The notes beneath the pieces were generated by a model that had not been told where the DNA came from, searched no databases, and saw only the letters and a program-made list of their open reading frames with translations. From Waterburya sp. (GTDB lineage Bacteria; Cyanobacteriota; Cyanobacteriia; Cyanobacteriales; Xenococcaceae): a DNA stretch of 64,000 nucleotides. The position numbers were made by a program, and so were the translations under genes. Positions 53,555 to 62,950 of the stretch are shown here, piece by piece; within the stretch, counting starts at the first letter, position 1; each line of letters starts with the position of its first letter. The stretch covers positions 2,784,001-2,848,000 of the forward strand of contig CBDCJV010000002.1 of NCBI GenBank assembly GCA_965217895.1, read 5' to 3'.

Positions 53555-54508
53555 ATGGATTTATTGCGATCGCTTCCTATTGGTTCATATCTCGAACAGC
53601 CTGTCACTTGGCTACATCAGATCGATCCGCGAGTAAAATTAGTCTGGTTAATGACTTTTTTGATTGCTCCGCTGTTGGGCAATCCTTTTTGGCGTATTGG
53701 TCTGGCTGCATCTTTAATTGTGTTAACTATCGTTGCGGGCATTCCCTTTAGGGCTTGGAGTAAGCAGATGGGTTGGTTACTGTTGCTTTGTTTGTTTATG
53801 TTTTTGTTTGCCAGCGTTGCCCCTGACTCCTTGGCAGCTAAACACCAGCCTAGAGTGCCTGAGTTTTGCGCTGATGTAGCTACCAGCAGTAGTACAGCCG
53901 AAAAGCCAAGTAAGCAACTTGAGTGCAAATCCCAGTTGCCACAACCGACAAGCTACCGTTATGTTTATTTGGATCAGCCTAAGTTTGTTTTTATTCCTCG
54001 TTTAGTAGTTACCCGACGCTCTTTAGATGTAGCAGTACGAGTTTCTACTTTAATTTTCACTTTGATTTACAGTACGAGCCTGTATCTTTTAACCACCGCT
54101 CCTGAAGAAATTACTGCAGGTTTAGAAGATCTGATGAGTCCTCTACGCCGTTTCAATCTGCCAATCTCCGAAATTACTCTGACTCTAACTCTTTCTCTAC
54201 GTTTTATTCCCCTTGTCTTAGAAGAAGTTCAAAATTTAGTTCGCTCTATCCGTACCAGGGCGATAGACTGGAAGAAACTAGGTATACGTCGTAGCACCCA
54301 GCTATGGTTAATTGTCTCGGAGAAGCTATTAGAAAATTTGTTATTAAGAGCCGAACAAATAGCTACAGCCATGGATGTTCGCGGTTTTACTACCCCAAAT
54401 GAACATCGGGTTCAATGGCATCAGCTACGGTTGCGGTGGCGTGACTGGCTAGCTTTAGGAATTTTGATTCCTTTTTGGTGTGCGCGTTGGTTTGTGGGGG
54501 GAATCTAA
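53555..54508 (+). CDS. ECF transporter transmembrane component T (CbiQ family)
   Basis: DPRVKL, SLRFIP, AMDVRGF. Confidence 0.9.
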   Translation: MDLLRSLPIGSYLEQPVTWLHQIDPRVKLVWLMTFLIAPLLGNPFWRIGLAASLIVLTIVAGIPFRAWSKQMGWLLLLCLFMFLFASVAPDSLAAKHQPRVPEFCADVATSSSTAEKPSKQLECKSQLPQPTSYRYVYLDQPKFVFIPRLVVTRRSLDVAVRVSTLIFTLIYSTSLYLLTTAPEEITAGLEDLMSPLRRFNLPISEITLTLTLSLRFIPLVLEEVQNLVRSIRTRAIDWKKLGIRRSTQLWLIVSEKLLENLLLRAEQIATAMDVRGFTTPNEHRVQWHQLRLRWRDWLALGILIPFWCARWFVGGI

Positions 54509-54510
54509 GC

Positions 54511-55974
54511 TTGATCGATAAAACAGCTACACCCCCAGCAACAAAAATACAGTCATGGCATTGGCGATCGCTGGCTCTAGAAAATCGCACCGCTTCAGAT
54601 ATATTTACTGCCTTATTTGCCGATGAAAAAATTGCCACCCTGCTTGAAAGCCCCGCTATAGCCGATCCAGAATATCCCCAGCTAGCTCGCTATTCTATCT
54701 GTGCAGGTTCTCCCCGCACTGTTCAAGGCAATCCTCAATTATGGACTCCTGAAATTGGTAAAATTCTACCTTTTTTGCGATCGCGCCTGCAACAACCTAC
54801 TATAGATAATCCTGAAGTTGCTCACTTGCCTTTTACGGGTGGTTGGTTAGGTTGGTTGGGTTATGATTTAGCCTGGGAAATTGAACGTTTACCTAGTTTA
54901 AATCAGGATACTCTACCCTTTCCTGTCGCCTATTGGTATGAGCCAGATTGTTTTGCTGTCCTCGATCATGTAGAACAAATCCTCTGGTTAGCTGTCGGTG
55001 AATCTCAAGAATTAGATAATTTAGAAAACCGACTGGCTTTATGTAAGGGCGAACGGTCGTTCGCCCCTACGTCTTCAAAAATATGTTTTTTAACCAACAA
55101 ACAACAATATCAAAACGCCGTCAAAAAGGCTAAACAATACATTCAGGCGGGAGATATCTTTCAAACGAATTTATCCTTGCGTTTTCAGACAGAAACTACC
55201 GCTAATAGCTGGACAATTTATCGTCAGCTACAGCAGATAAACCCTTCTCCTTTTGCTAGTTATTGGCGATCGCCTTGGGGAGATATGATTAGCTGTTCTC
55301 CTGAGAGACTAGTATTGTTAGAAGGAAAAAAAGCCCAGACTAGACCCATTGCAGGGACAAGAAGCAGAGGTAAGAATCAAGAAAGCGATCGCGCTTTGGC
55401 AGCAGAATTACTTAGTAATACTAAAGAAAAAGCCGAACACATTATGCTTGTGGACTTAGAACGCAACGATCTCGGTAGAGTCTGTCAATGGGGTTCAGTG
55501 AAAGTAGATGAATTATTAGCAATAGAACGCTACAGCCACGTAATGCACTTAGTAAGTAACGTCAAAGGAATTTTACAGCCTGATTATGATGCCGTAGATT
55601 TGATTCGGGGCATATTTCCAGGAGGAACAATTACTGGTTGTCCCAAGGTACGCTGCATGGAAATCATTGAAGAATTAGAGCCAGTGCGTCGCAGCCTATT
55701 TTATGGTTCTTGTGGCTATCTCGATCAGCGAGGCAATTTAGATCTGAATATTCTTATCCGTACTTTGCTATACGTCAAAACTGCTGATTGTGATCTAGCT
55801 CAAGTATTTGGACAGGTTGGGGCTGGCATTGTTGCCGATAGCGATCCAGAACAAGAATGGTACGAGTCTTTAAATAAAGCCGAAGCACAGATAGCCGCTC
55901 TATCAATGAACAATAAACCTACAACTGCTCTAACTGCTCTAACTGTCGAAGCGGGTGTGGAACAAGCTTCTTAA
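54511..55974 (+). CDS. Anthranilate synthase component I / PabB family protein
   Basis: LLES, GDIFQTNLS, SPER, TRPIAGT, EHIMLVDLERND, FPGGTITGCPK; start uncertain (ORF open from 54475). Confidence 0.88.
   Translation: MIDKTATPPATKIQSWHWRSLALENRTASDIFTALFADEKIATLLESPAIADPEYPQLARYSICAGSPRTVQGNPQLWTPEIGKILPFLRSRLQQPTIDNPEVAHLPFTGGWLGWLGYDLAWEIERLPSLNQDTLPFPVAYWYEPDCFAVLDHVEQILWLAVGESQELDNLENRLALCKGERSFAPTSSKICFLTNKQQYQNAVKKAKQYIQAGDIFQTNLSLRFQTETTANSWTIYRQLQQINPSPFASYWRSPWGDMISCSPERLVLLEGKKAQTRPIAGTRSRGKNQESDRALAAELLSNTKEKAEHIMLVDLERNDLGRVCQWGSVKVDELLAIERYSHVMHLVSNVKGILQPDYDAVDLIRGIFPGGTITGCPKVRCMEIIEELEPVRRSLFYGSCGYLDQRGNLDLNILIRTLLYVKTADCDLAQVFGQVGAGIVADSDPEQEWYESLNKAEAQIAALSMNNKPTTALTALTVEAGVEQAS
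55043..55070. repeat. REP-like palindrome inside a coding sequence
   Basis: GTAA-GGGCGAAC-GGTC-GTTCGCCC-CTAC. Confidence 0.7.
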
Positions 55975-56013
55975 ACACAAAGGCTTTAGCCAGATGTAGC
56001 GTTTCCACCCGCT

Positions 56014-57231
56014 CTAACTGCCCTTCTCAGGCAAATCTCTTTCTGTCTTTAGCCATCTGCTTTGGGGTTTAACTAAGAACTTAAAATAAATAGGAATTTT
56101 GCCCAGGATATAAAAGGGAATAGCAATTAAATTTTTGAGAGGCAAATCAGAACGACCAAATTTAAGCCAGGCGAGTAATACTCCCGTCATTAAAAACCCT
56201 CCCGCAATGCTGACAAGAATTGCAGGAGTGCTAGAGATTCCGCCGACAATGGCTGCTAAGCAAGTAATAATCATGCTCACCATCCAAGCCATTACCAACA
56301 AAGAAAGAGGTGGAACAGAGATATCTAAAGCTAATCCTAACGCTGCAAAATTACCTGTTTTCAAGAAGGCTCTGAGGAGTCGGGGAACTTCTACTAAAAT
56401 CATTTCTAAATGTCCGTGTTCCCAGCGCGATCGCTGACTTGCAGCGTCTTTATCTTTCATTAGGCGACCAACCACAAAAGCATTCTCACAAAACACAGGA
56501 GTAGATCCAGCCAAGGCTAAATCTACCGTTAGCTGCATATCATCAGTGGTTTTGCTTCCTGCCAAAGAAACCTCATTAATTAATGACCAGGGAAAGGCCA
56601 TTCCCGAACCTGTGAGTAAACAGTGCCAACCAAGACGATTTAAACCCAATAATCGAACTAGGTTTTTTACCTTAATCGAAAACATCGAAATATTATCTTT
56701 GAGGCTAGGATCTTCTGGCTGTTGCATCAAATAGGTAGATTGTACTGGTCTACCTGTGGCGATCGCTTTACAGGTAATGTTTTTGATAGTATTAGGTTCG
56801 ATAATGCAGTCCCCGTCTAAAATTACTAATACTTCAGGAGGATTATTTTTAATTTGCTGCATTGCATAATCTAGAGCATATCCTTTACCGCGCTTAGTTA
56901 AGTGCTTCCTTTCTAATACTGTGACTCCTGCTGCTCTAGCTAATTCTGCCGTATTATCATGACAATTATCAGCAATGACAATGACTCGATCTTGTTCTGT
57001 AATTTGTGGCAGTAATACTTCTAATACTTCTTTAATTTGTTCGGCTTCATTATGAGCAGGAATTAAAACCGTTGTTTTTGGTCGTTCTGATTCTTCTATA
57101 TTTGCTAAATCTGAATTAGATGAGCCAGAAACAAAAGCAGCCAGGCATTCTATAAAAAAAATCAGACAGGGAATAATTAAAACTCCTCCTGTCAACAGTA
57201 AAGCGATATTAATAATGTATAAAAGATTCAT
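56014..57231 (-). CDS. Glycosyltransferase family 2
   Basis: IPAHNE, ADNC, GKGYAL, LDGD, QRSRW. Confidence 0.9.
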   Translation of the reverse strand: MNLLYIINIALLLTGGVLIIPCLIFFIECLAAFVSGSSNSDLANIEESERPKTTVLIPAHNEAEQIKEVLEVLLPQITEQDRVIVIADNCHDNTAELARAAGVTVLERKHLTKRGKGYALDYAMQQIKNNPPEVLVILDGDCIIEPNTIKNITCKAIATGRPVQSTYLMQQPEDPSLKDNISMFSIKVKNLVRLLGLNRLGWHCLLTGSGMAFPWSLINEVSLAGSKTTDDMQLTVDLALAGSTPVFCENAFVVGRLMKDKDAASQRSRWEHGHLEMILVEVPRLLRAFLKTGNFAALGLALDISVPPLSLLVMAWMVSMIITCLAAIVGGISSTPAILVSIAGGFLMTGVLLAWLKFGRSDLPLKNLIAIPFYILGKIPIYFKFLVKPQSRWLKTERDLPEKGS

Positions 57232-57546
57232 TTGAATATTTATTTATAATTCGATAAATTTAAACGCCTATCAATTAGCAATACCATGTTAACCTTTAAC
57301 CCCTAATAAAGTTGTAAATCACTTTTTTAAACAGCTTTGTATTCACGGTAGGTATCTTATGAAAACCGTGTTAAGTTTGGTGAGATAGATAATAGGTAAT
57401 CTAGATAACATAAATTTAGCAATTAACCATATTTGTTTGAGGTCAATGCTTATCGTTAAATTATGCAATTCAACTGCTTCTAGGTTTAGTGAATTAATAT
57501 ATCGTTCGACCAAGCTTGCTTTTATAACTCGCAATCTAAACAAATT

Positions 57547-58491
57547 ATGCTAATTTCTATTTGTGTTATTACTCTTAAGCGTCCTGAAGGATTAAAGCGT
57601 CTTTTAGAAAGCGTCAATCAGTTAACATTTGAAACCATGGAAGCTCCAGAAATTGAGATGATTGTGGTAGACAATGATACTTGTGGTGTAGCAGAAGAAG
57701 TTTGCAACAAAGTAAAACCAAATTTTAAGTGGTCACTAAAAACTGACGTACAGCCACAAAGAGGAATTACCTACGCTCGTAATAAATCACTCAACTTGGC
57801 TTCAAAAGAAGCAGACTTTATTGCTATTATTGATGATGACGAAGTAACAGAGCCATCTTGGCTGGAAAAATTGTTGTTGACACAGCAGAAATATGATGCA
57901 GATGTAGTCACTGGTCCTGTTGTACCTCACTTTCAAGATAGCGATGTTCCTGACTGGATAATAAAGGGAAGCTTTTTTAATACTCCTCGCTACACAACTG
58001 GAGAACAGCGTCATGTTGCCTTTACCAATAATGTCATGATTCGCGGTGAAATTATTCGTCAGCAAGAGCAGGTTTTTGACGATCGCTTTGCGATTACGGG
58101 AGGAGAAGATTCTCACTTTTTTCTTACCCTCAATAAAGCAGGATACAAAATCATTTGGGCAGATGAAGCAGTAGTCTATGACTGGATTCCTTTATCACGT
58201 ACTAACTCAAAATGGATTTTAAATAGAGGTTATCGTACCTGGGGGAGTCATAGCCGATTAGAAAAAGAACTATATCCTTCATTGTGGGTGCAATTTATCA
58301 GAGCGTTGAAAGGATTAGCATTAGTTTTGATTGGGAGCATTAAATTGATCCCTGCCTTGTTGATAGGTAAACAGGCAACGGTTAATGCCTTACTCTATAT
58401 TTATCGTGGTGCAGGTACTTTTGCAGGTTTATTAGGAATTGATTATCAAGAATATAAAACAGTTCATACTGATTTGGGACTTAGTAAATAG
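57547..58491 (+). CDS. Glycosyltransferase family 2
   Basis: VVDND, GITYARN, IIDDD, GGED. Confidence 0.9.
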   Translation: MLISICVITLKRPEGLKRLLESVNQLTFETMEAPEIEMIVVDNDTCGVAEEVCNKVKPNFKWSLKTDVQPQRGITYARNKSLNLASKEADFIAIIDDDEVTEPSWLEKLLLTQQKYDADVVTGPVVPHFQDSDVPDWIIKGSFFNTPRYTTGEQRHVAFTNNVMIRGEIIRQQEQVFDDRFAITGGEDSHFFLTLNKAGYKIIWADEAVVYDWIPLSRTNSKWILNRGYRTWGSHSRLEKELYPSLWVQFIRALKGLALVLIGSIKLIPALLIGKQATVNALLYIYRGAGTFAGLLGIDYQEYKTVHTDLGLSK

Positions 58492-58557
58492 TATCCTTAA
58501 TAACTGATGTTACCATCGCTCTGGGTTTAAAGCCTTGCCCTTATAGGGCGACTTCTC

Positions 58558-58680
58558 GTTAGCTTTTAGCTGTTAGCTATTAGCTTTTAGCTTTAAGTCC
58601 CTGCGTAGCGCAACTTAACTAATTAACTACGCTTCAACCGAAGGTAAGCTCTGAAGCTCAAAGCTAAGAGCTAAGAGCTT
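58558..58680. repeat. Heptamer STRR-like tracts in inverted orientation
   Basis: (TTAGCTN)x5, then (AAGCTNN/GAGCTAA) units. Confidence 0.6.
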
Positions 58681-58778
58681 GTTCCACTCCGCTGTTGGGG
58701 ACTAGCCCTGTTCTGTCACTCTCCGATAATTAAACTACAATAGAAAAAGTTTTTATTGGTTGTGAGATAGATAGGGTA

Positions 58779-60005
58779 ATGGATGTAGAATTACAGATTC
58801 TTAAACATTTGAAAAGAGATGCTCGACCAACAGTTTCTGTCATCGACAAATATTGCTCTGCTTACAATGACTTGTTTTCTGATGTGAGAAGTTACGAATG
58901 TTTCAAATATTTACATCAAGGAATCATCTCACCAATCAAAAGGAAATCACTACCAGAGATAGCAAAGGTAGTAGGGATAAACTCACCGCAATCATTACAT
59001 CATTTTTTAGCCAATTCACCTTGGTCAGCAACAAAATTAAAAGAAAAAAGATTAACTCTAACTTTAGAAGCTTTAAAAAATCAAAAAATTAAAGTCATAA
59101 TCGATGAAACGGGAGACAGAAAGAAGGGAAAGAGAACAGATTATGTAGCTAGACAATATTTAGGTAGTGTCGGCAAAATAGACAACGGAATAGTATCAGT
59201 AAATGCTTATGGAGTTTATGAAAATATAACTTTTCCCTTGATTTTTAAAGTCTTCAAACCCAAAGGAACATTGAAAGAGGTAGACAACTACAAAACTAAA
59301 ATTCAGCTAGCCTCATCTATTATTACAGAACTAGTGGAATTTGGATTTAATATTGATTTGGTATTAGCGGATAGTTTGTATGGCGAAGCTAGTTCATTTA
59401 TTAGAACATTGGATAAACACGACCTACCTTGGGTTCTAGCAATTAGAAGTAATCACGGTGTTTGGCTGTCTTCTGAGCAAAAGGTTAGAGCCAATAAGTG
59501 GTGTAAATTCAAGAGAATTTTTAGTGACCAAAAAGCGGTGCGACCCCGCGCCGACGTAAGGCGCAAGGGAACGCGCACCAAGACATCTGAAATCAGATAT
59601 ATCAGAGAGATAATTTATGGCAAACGAAATAGAAAAACTTATTGGGAAATAACTACTGACACTGAAACTATGCCAGAGAATTCTACTTCTTTCGTAATGA
59701 CCAATATTCAAGCAACCCGAAGTCAAATGAAAAAGACTTTGGGCAATTTATACAGATTAAGAACGTGGGTTGAATATGGATTTAGACAATGTAAACAAGA
59801 ACTGGGATGGACTGATTATCGATTTACTAATTTTTCAGAGATTAATAAGTCTCTAAATAACTTCCGTTTAATCATTCAGCCAACAATTCTTTTCTGGATG
59901 ATTGTTCCTTGGTTAGAAGTCTTTCCCAACCGTTCTTTATTACTTGGTTTTCATCAATTGATTGCTGTAATGAATCAATTTTATTTCTCTTTTCCTGATG
60001 GGTAA
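58779..60005 (+). CDS. IS701 family transposase, probably defective
   Basis: IIDETGDRKKG, QYLGSVGKIDNG, LADSLYG, VEYGFRQCKQELG; carries a 17-aa insertion and an apparent C-terminal internal deletion. Confidence 0.88.
   Translation: MDVELQILKHLKRDARPTVSVIDKYCSAYNDLFSDVRSYECFKYLHQGIISPIKRKSLPEIAKVVGINSPQSLHHFLANSPWSATKLKEKRLTLTLEALKNQKIKVIIDETGDRKKGKRTDYVARQYLGSVGKIDNGIVSVNAYGVYENITFPLIFKVFKPKGTLKEVDNYKTKIQLASSIITELVEFGFNIDLVLADSLYGEASSFIRTLDKHDLPWVLAIRSNHGVWLSSEQKVRANKWCKFKRIFSDQKAVRPRADVRRKGTRTKTSEIRYIREIIYGKRNRKTYWEITTDTETMPENSTSFVMTNIQATRSQMKKTLGNLYRLRTWVEYGFRQCKQELGWTDYRFTNFSEINKSLNNFRLIIQPTILFWMIVPWLEVFPNRSLLLGFHQLIAVMNQFYFSFPDG
59534..59584 (+). repeat. 51-bp small dispersed mobile repeat, copy 2 (in-frame in the transposase)
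   Basis: Near-identical to 27671-27721. Confidence 0.85.
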
Positions 60006-60017
60006 ATTCTGTTTTTG

Positions 60018-61057
60018 CTACTCCTTGATTTCGGAGAGTGACAGAACAGGGTTAAGTACCTGGGCAAAATTAATTGTATATTTTGTGCCGAAATTTTTTA
60101 AAACCTTTTCGACATACTCAACTAAATTTTTCCAGCTCAAGTATGCCTCCGTTTCAATCCACTCATATTTCATAAATCTCCAGAGAATCTCGCTCAAATT
60201 AAGTTGTGGTGAATAGGTCGGAAACCAGAATATTTCCAATTTTTTCTGTCTCCATTCTGTGATTTTTTTCTGAAAAGCTTTGCTTCGATGAATGGGAGCA
60301 TTATCTATAACTATTACTGTGAGTTTTTTGATTTTTTGAACATATTGGTCGAGAAATTTTATCACGATATCACTATTGATTTTGCATTCAAAAATATAAG
60401 ATTCTAATTCATTATTTCTATTGAGTAAACCTAGGACATTTAATCGTTTACTTTGTTGACTTTTTAAAGCTTCTTTCTCTCTAGATGCTTGCCAGGCGTA
60501 AGGTACATATGGTGTCAAACAAAACCCAGTCTCATCCAAATATCTTAAGTCTAGAGTTCCTTGTTCTGATAGTCTTTTTAAGCCTGCCAATATCTTTTTT
60601 TTCTCTCGTACAACTCTGGTTCAGGTTTTCCTCGAACTGTTTTTCTCAATCTTTTCCATTTCATTCCCAGACACTTTAAAACTCTCTTAATTGTGTCTTT
60701 ACTTGCTCTGATACCCCATTTGCTGCAAATTTTTTCTTGAACCACTACTAAGTTTTTAGGGGTTTCTTTTACCCAGTCTTTAATAATTTTCTGTTGCTCT
60801 TTATCAAAGATTTTTTTTCGTCCTTGACCTTCACGATTATATAGTCCAACTAAGCCTAGCGATTCCCAATTATTCAGCCAATTGTAAATTGTGTTCCGAC
60901 TGACTTTAAATATTTCCATCAACTCGCAAATTCGATATTTTTGATGAGAAAGTAAAATACAATGGCTTCTTTGCCTTACTTGATAGTATTTACTCTGTTG
61001 GTAAATTCTTTTTAAGAGTTTAATAGTATCTTTTGTTAAACCTTTGATATATCTCAT
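60018..61057 (-). CDS. IS630 transposase split in two ORFs (HTH 60578-61057; DDE 60018-60590) joined by a -1 frameshift
   Basis: YLDETG, VIDNA, YSPQLN..E; A8G run at 60594-60602 at the ORF junction. Confidence 0.85.
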
Positions 61058-61191
61058 TTAAGATTTATTCTCCTTTTCACTTTCTTGAGCGATCGCCACA
61101 GAACATTTGGCGATCTTTCGAGGATAACTCCCTCAATATAATCCTCTCAAACTTTCTTAAAAATATACAAATAATTTTGTTTGAGTACTTA
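60053..61191 (-). mobile_element. IS630 family insertion sequence
   Basis: TIRs TAAGTACCTGGGCAAAATTAAT / (revcomp) TAAGTACTCAAACAAAATTATT with TA ends. Confidence 0.85.
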
Positions 61192-61242
61192 TTTAGTTAC
61201 ACAGCACTGATAATCTTTTTGGCTTAAATCTAGATACCTTAA

Positions 61243-61419
61243 TATCAGATAGGCGATCGCATTCCTGGAACTATAGGAAAGGTTGTCAGCAAAACTTATT
61301 CATATCAAGGTAAATGGGTTTACTGCATTGCTTTTGATGAAGGCTTTTTAACCATCACAGAAAATGATATTGATGTATCAATCATCTCCCGTATTAAAGC
61401 CAAAAAAATAACCGCCTGA
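61243..61419 (+). pseudogene. Small gene remnant (SH3/KOW-like start P*YQIGDR)
   Basis: 58-codon open frame YQIGDRIPGTIGKVV...W.Y preceded by in-frame TAA; next to the IS630 end. Confidence 0.35.
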
Positions 61420-61700
61420 TGAGTATCGTCATGTGGACAGGCGATCAAAACATTTAGATGTATGAATGTCGCGGTGGTGTCCAAAGCCAACGTATGGGTA
61501 TAGTTTGGGCTTTTGTACGGAAATAAGCCAGTAGTTTATTAACTGTATTTAAGCAGTTGACTCAGAGCTTTCAACTTTCATAAGCCAAGATACTCATTAA
61601 AAATCGCGAGAATAGCGTGCTTTTAGAGGGAAGAAAGCTTGATGTATCGAGCTTTCGGGAGTTTCGTAAGCCAGACCGCGATTATTTTTCCTTAACTCTT
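61410..61700 (+). ncRNA. Candidate IS110 bridge RNA region
   Basis: Nested stems around an internal loop containing TTAGAGGGAA, identical to 62925-62934; three GRGCTTTY-N7-9-RTAAGCCA units. Confidence 0.55.
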
Positions 61701-61707
61701 AGTATAT

Positions 61708-62928
61708 ATGAATCGAATAGTAGGTTTAGATGTCGGTCGTGGATCGGCTGTTTTCTGCTGCCTTGATGAATTTCCCAGCAATATTCTACAGCATTACCAA
61801 AAGTTAGTTAAAGAGAAAAAATTTTATAAAGCTAATTGTTCTAGAACTGGTGTAGAAAAACTACTTTCACTATTGCCTGATGGCATAGTAATTGAACCAA
61901 CGGGCTATTGGTATTCAGAATTTTGGGTGACGGTCGCCAAAGCCAACGATCTTAAAATCTATTGGATAGGACACACAGATTTGAAAGGTCAACGCACTCA
62001 TTACGAATTCACCAACAAGCGGGATGAAGAAGACGCGCTGTGTTTGGCAGCTTGCTATTTCGATCCTAGCTTTATTGACATCAACGGCAACAAAAGGTTT
62101 CTTAGGCTTACCCACAACGAAACAATTAATCTTGTTCGACAATTGTTCCACCAAAAAGAGCAACTGCAAAAATTACGAACTAGTTTAATTCTTCATTTGC
62201 GTCAGAGATTAAGCTTAGAATTTCCAGAGGCAGCGCGTCACACGATGAAAATATCTGACTCAAAAGGCTACACTCCTATCATTTACTGGCTAGCTACCGA
62301 ACAAAAAAATAAACGATACGAGAATAAATATAGTCAGTCAATTGCACCAGAACTAGGAATTAACATTACTAATTACACTCGCGCTCACGCTCAAATTATT
62401 ATTAAAATTGAGGTTCGCATTGTTAAAACCATTTCTCAAATTGCCAAGACAATCGCTTTACCTGAGTTTGATGACTATAACCGCGTGTTTAATAGGTTTT
62501 GTTTTGGGCTTAATACTCGTGCCATACTCCTAGTTCACGTTTTCCCTATCAATAGATTTTTAGTTAATGAAAAACCATTGGTAGAATATGAACCACGTAA
62601 AGGCAAATTACAAAAGCGTAATCGCTCCTTACGTAAGTTTCAGGCTTATTTGGGATTGTCTTTCAGTTATGAAATATCTGGCAATAGCAAAAAGCGTAAA
62701 TTTCATGGCTCATCTTTAGTTCGTTCTCATCTTTATGGATGGGCTTTATGTTTGGTTACTCGCCAAAAAAATATTATTGGTGGTCAAATTGGTCAAAAAA
62801 TTAGCGATCGCTATCATCATCTAAAGCAAACAGTAAAAGGTAAAGATAGTATCACCAGAATATTGTTCAAGGTAACGCGAATGCTTTTCTATGAATTAGT
62901 AAATGAAATTTATAACAAAAAAGATTAG
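61708..62928 (+). CDS. IS110 family (DEDD RuvC-like) recombinase, divergent
   Basis: IVGLDVG, IEPTG, KRDEEDA acidic motifs; C-terminal AYLGL...EISG putative catalytic Ser region. Confidence 0.8.
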   Translation: MNRIVGLDVGRGSAVFCCLDEFPSNILQHYQKLVKEKKFYKANCSRTGVEKLLSLLPDGIVIEPTGYWYSEFWVTVAKANDLKIYWIGHTDLKGQRTHYEFTNKRDEEDALCLAACYFDPSFIDINGNKRFLRLTHNETINLVRQLFHQKEQLQKLRTSLILHLRQRLSLEFPEAARHTMKISDSKGYTPIIYWLATEQKNKRYENKYSQSIAPELGINITNYTRAHAQIIIKIEVRIVKTISQIAKTIALPEFDDYNRVFNRFCFGLNTRAILLVHVFPINRFLVNEKPLVEYEPRKGKLQKRNRSLRKFQAYLGLSFSYEISGNSKKRKFHGSSLVRSHLYGWALCLVTRQKNIIGGQIGQKISDRYHHLKQTVKGKDSITRILFKVTRMLFYELVNEIYNKKD

Positions 62929-62950
62929 AGGGAAAAGTTTCACAAATACA

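Larger units (their letters stand above)
58703..60054 (+). mobile_element. IS701 family insertion sequence
   Basis: TIR CCCTGTTCTGTCACTCTCCGA (58706-) / TCGGAGAGTGACAGAACAGGG (-60051); TA on both flanks. Confidence 0.88.

Noticed and set aside
57343..57543. 66-aa ORF on -
   Set aside because: AT-rich divergent promoter region between two GT2 genes; no recognisable motif
61120..61135. AACTCCC as the IS110 left end
   Set aside because: Lies inside the IS630 element and matches only 7 nt; probably chance
61480..61675. Canonical TIGR-Tas array
   Set aside because: AGCCA motifs recur but spacing is irregular (57 and 86 nt) and the regular short unit is absent; kept as bridge-like loops instead
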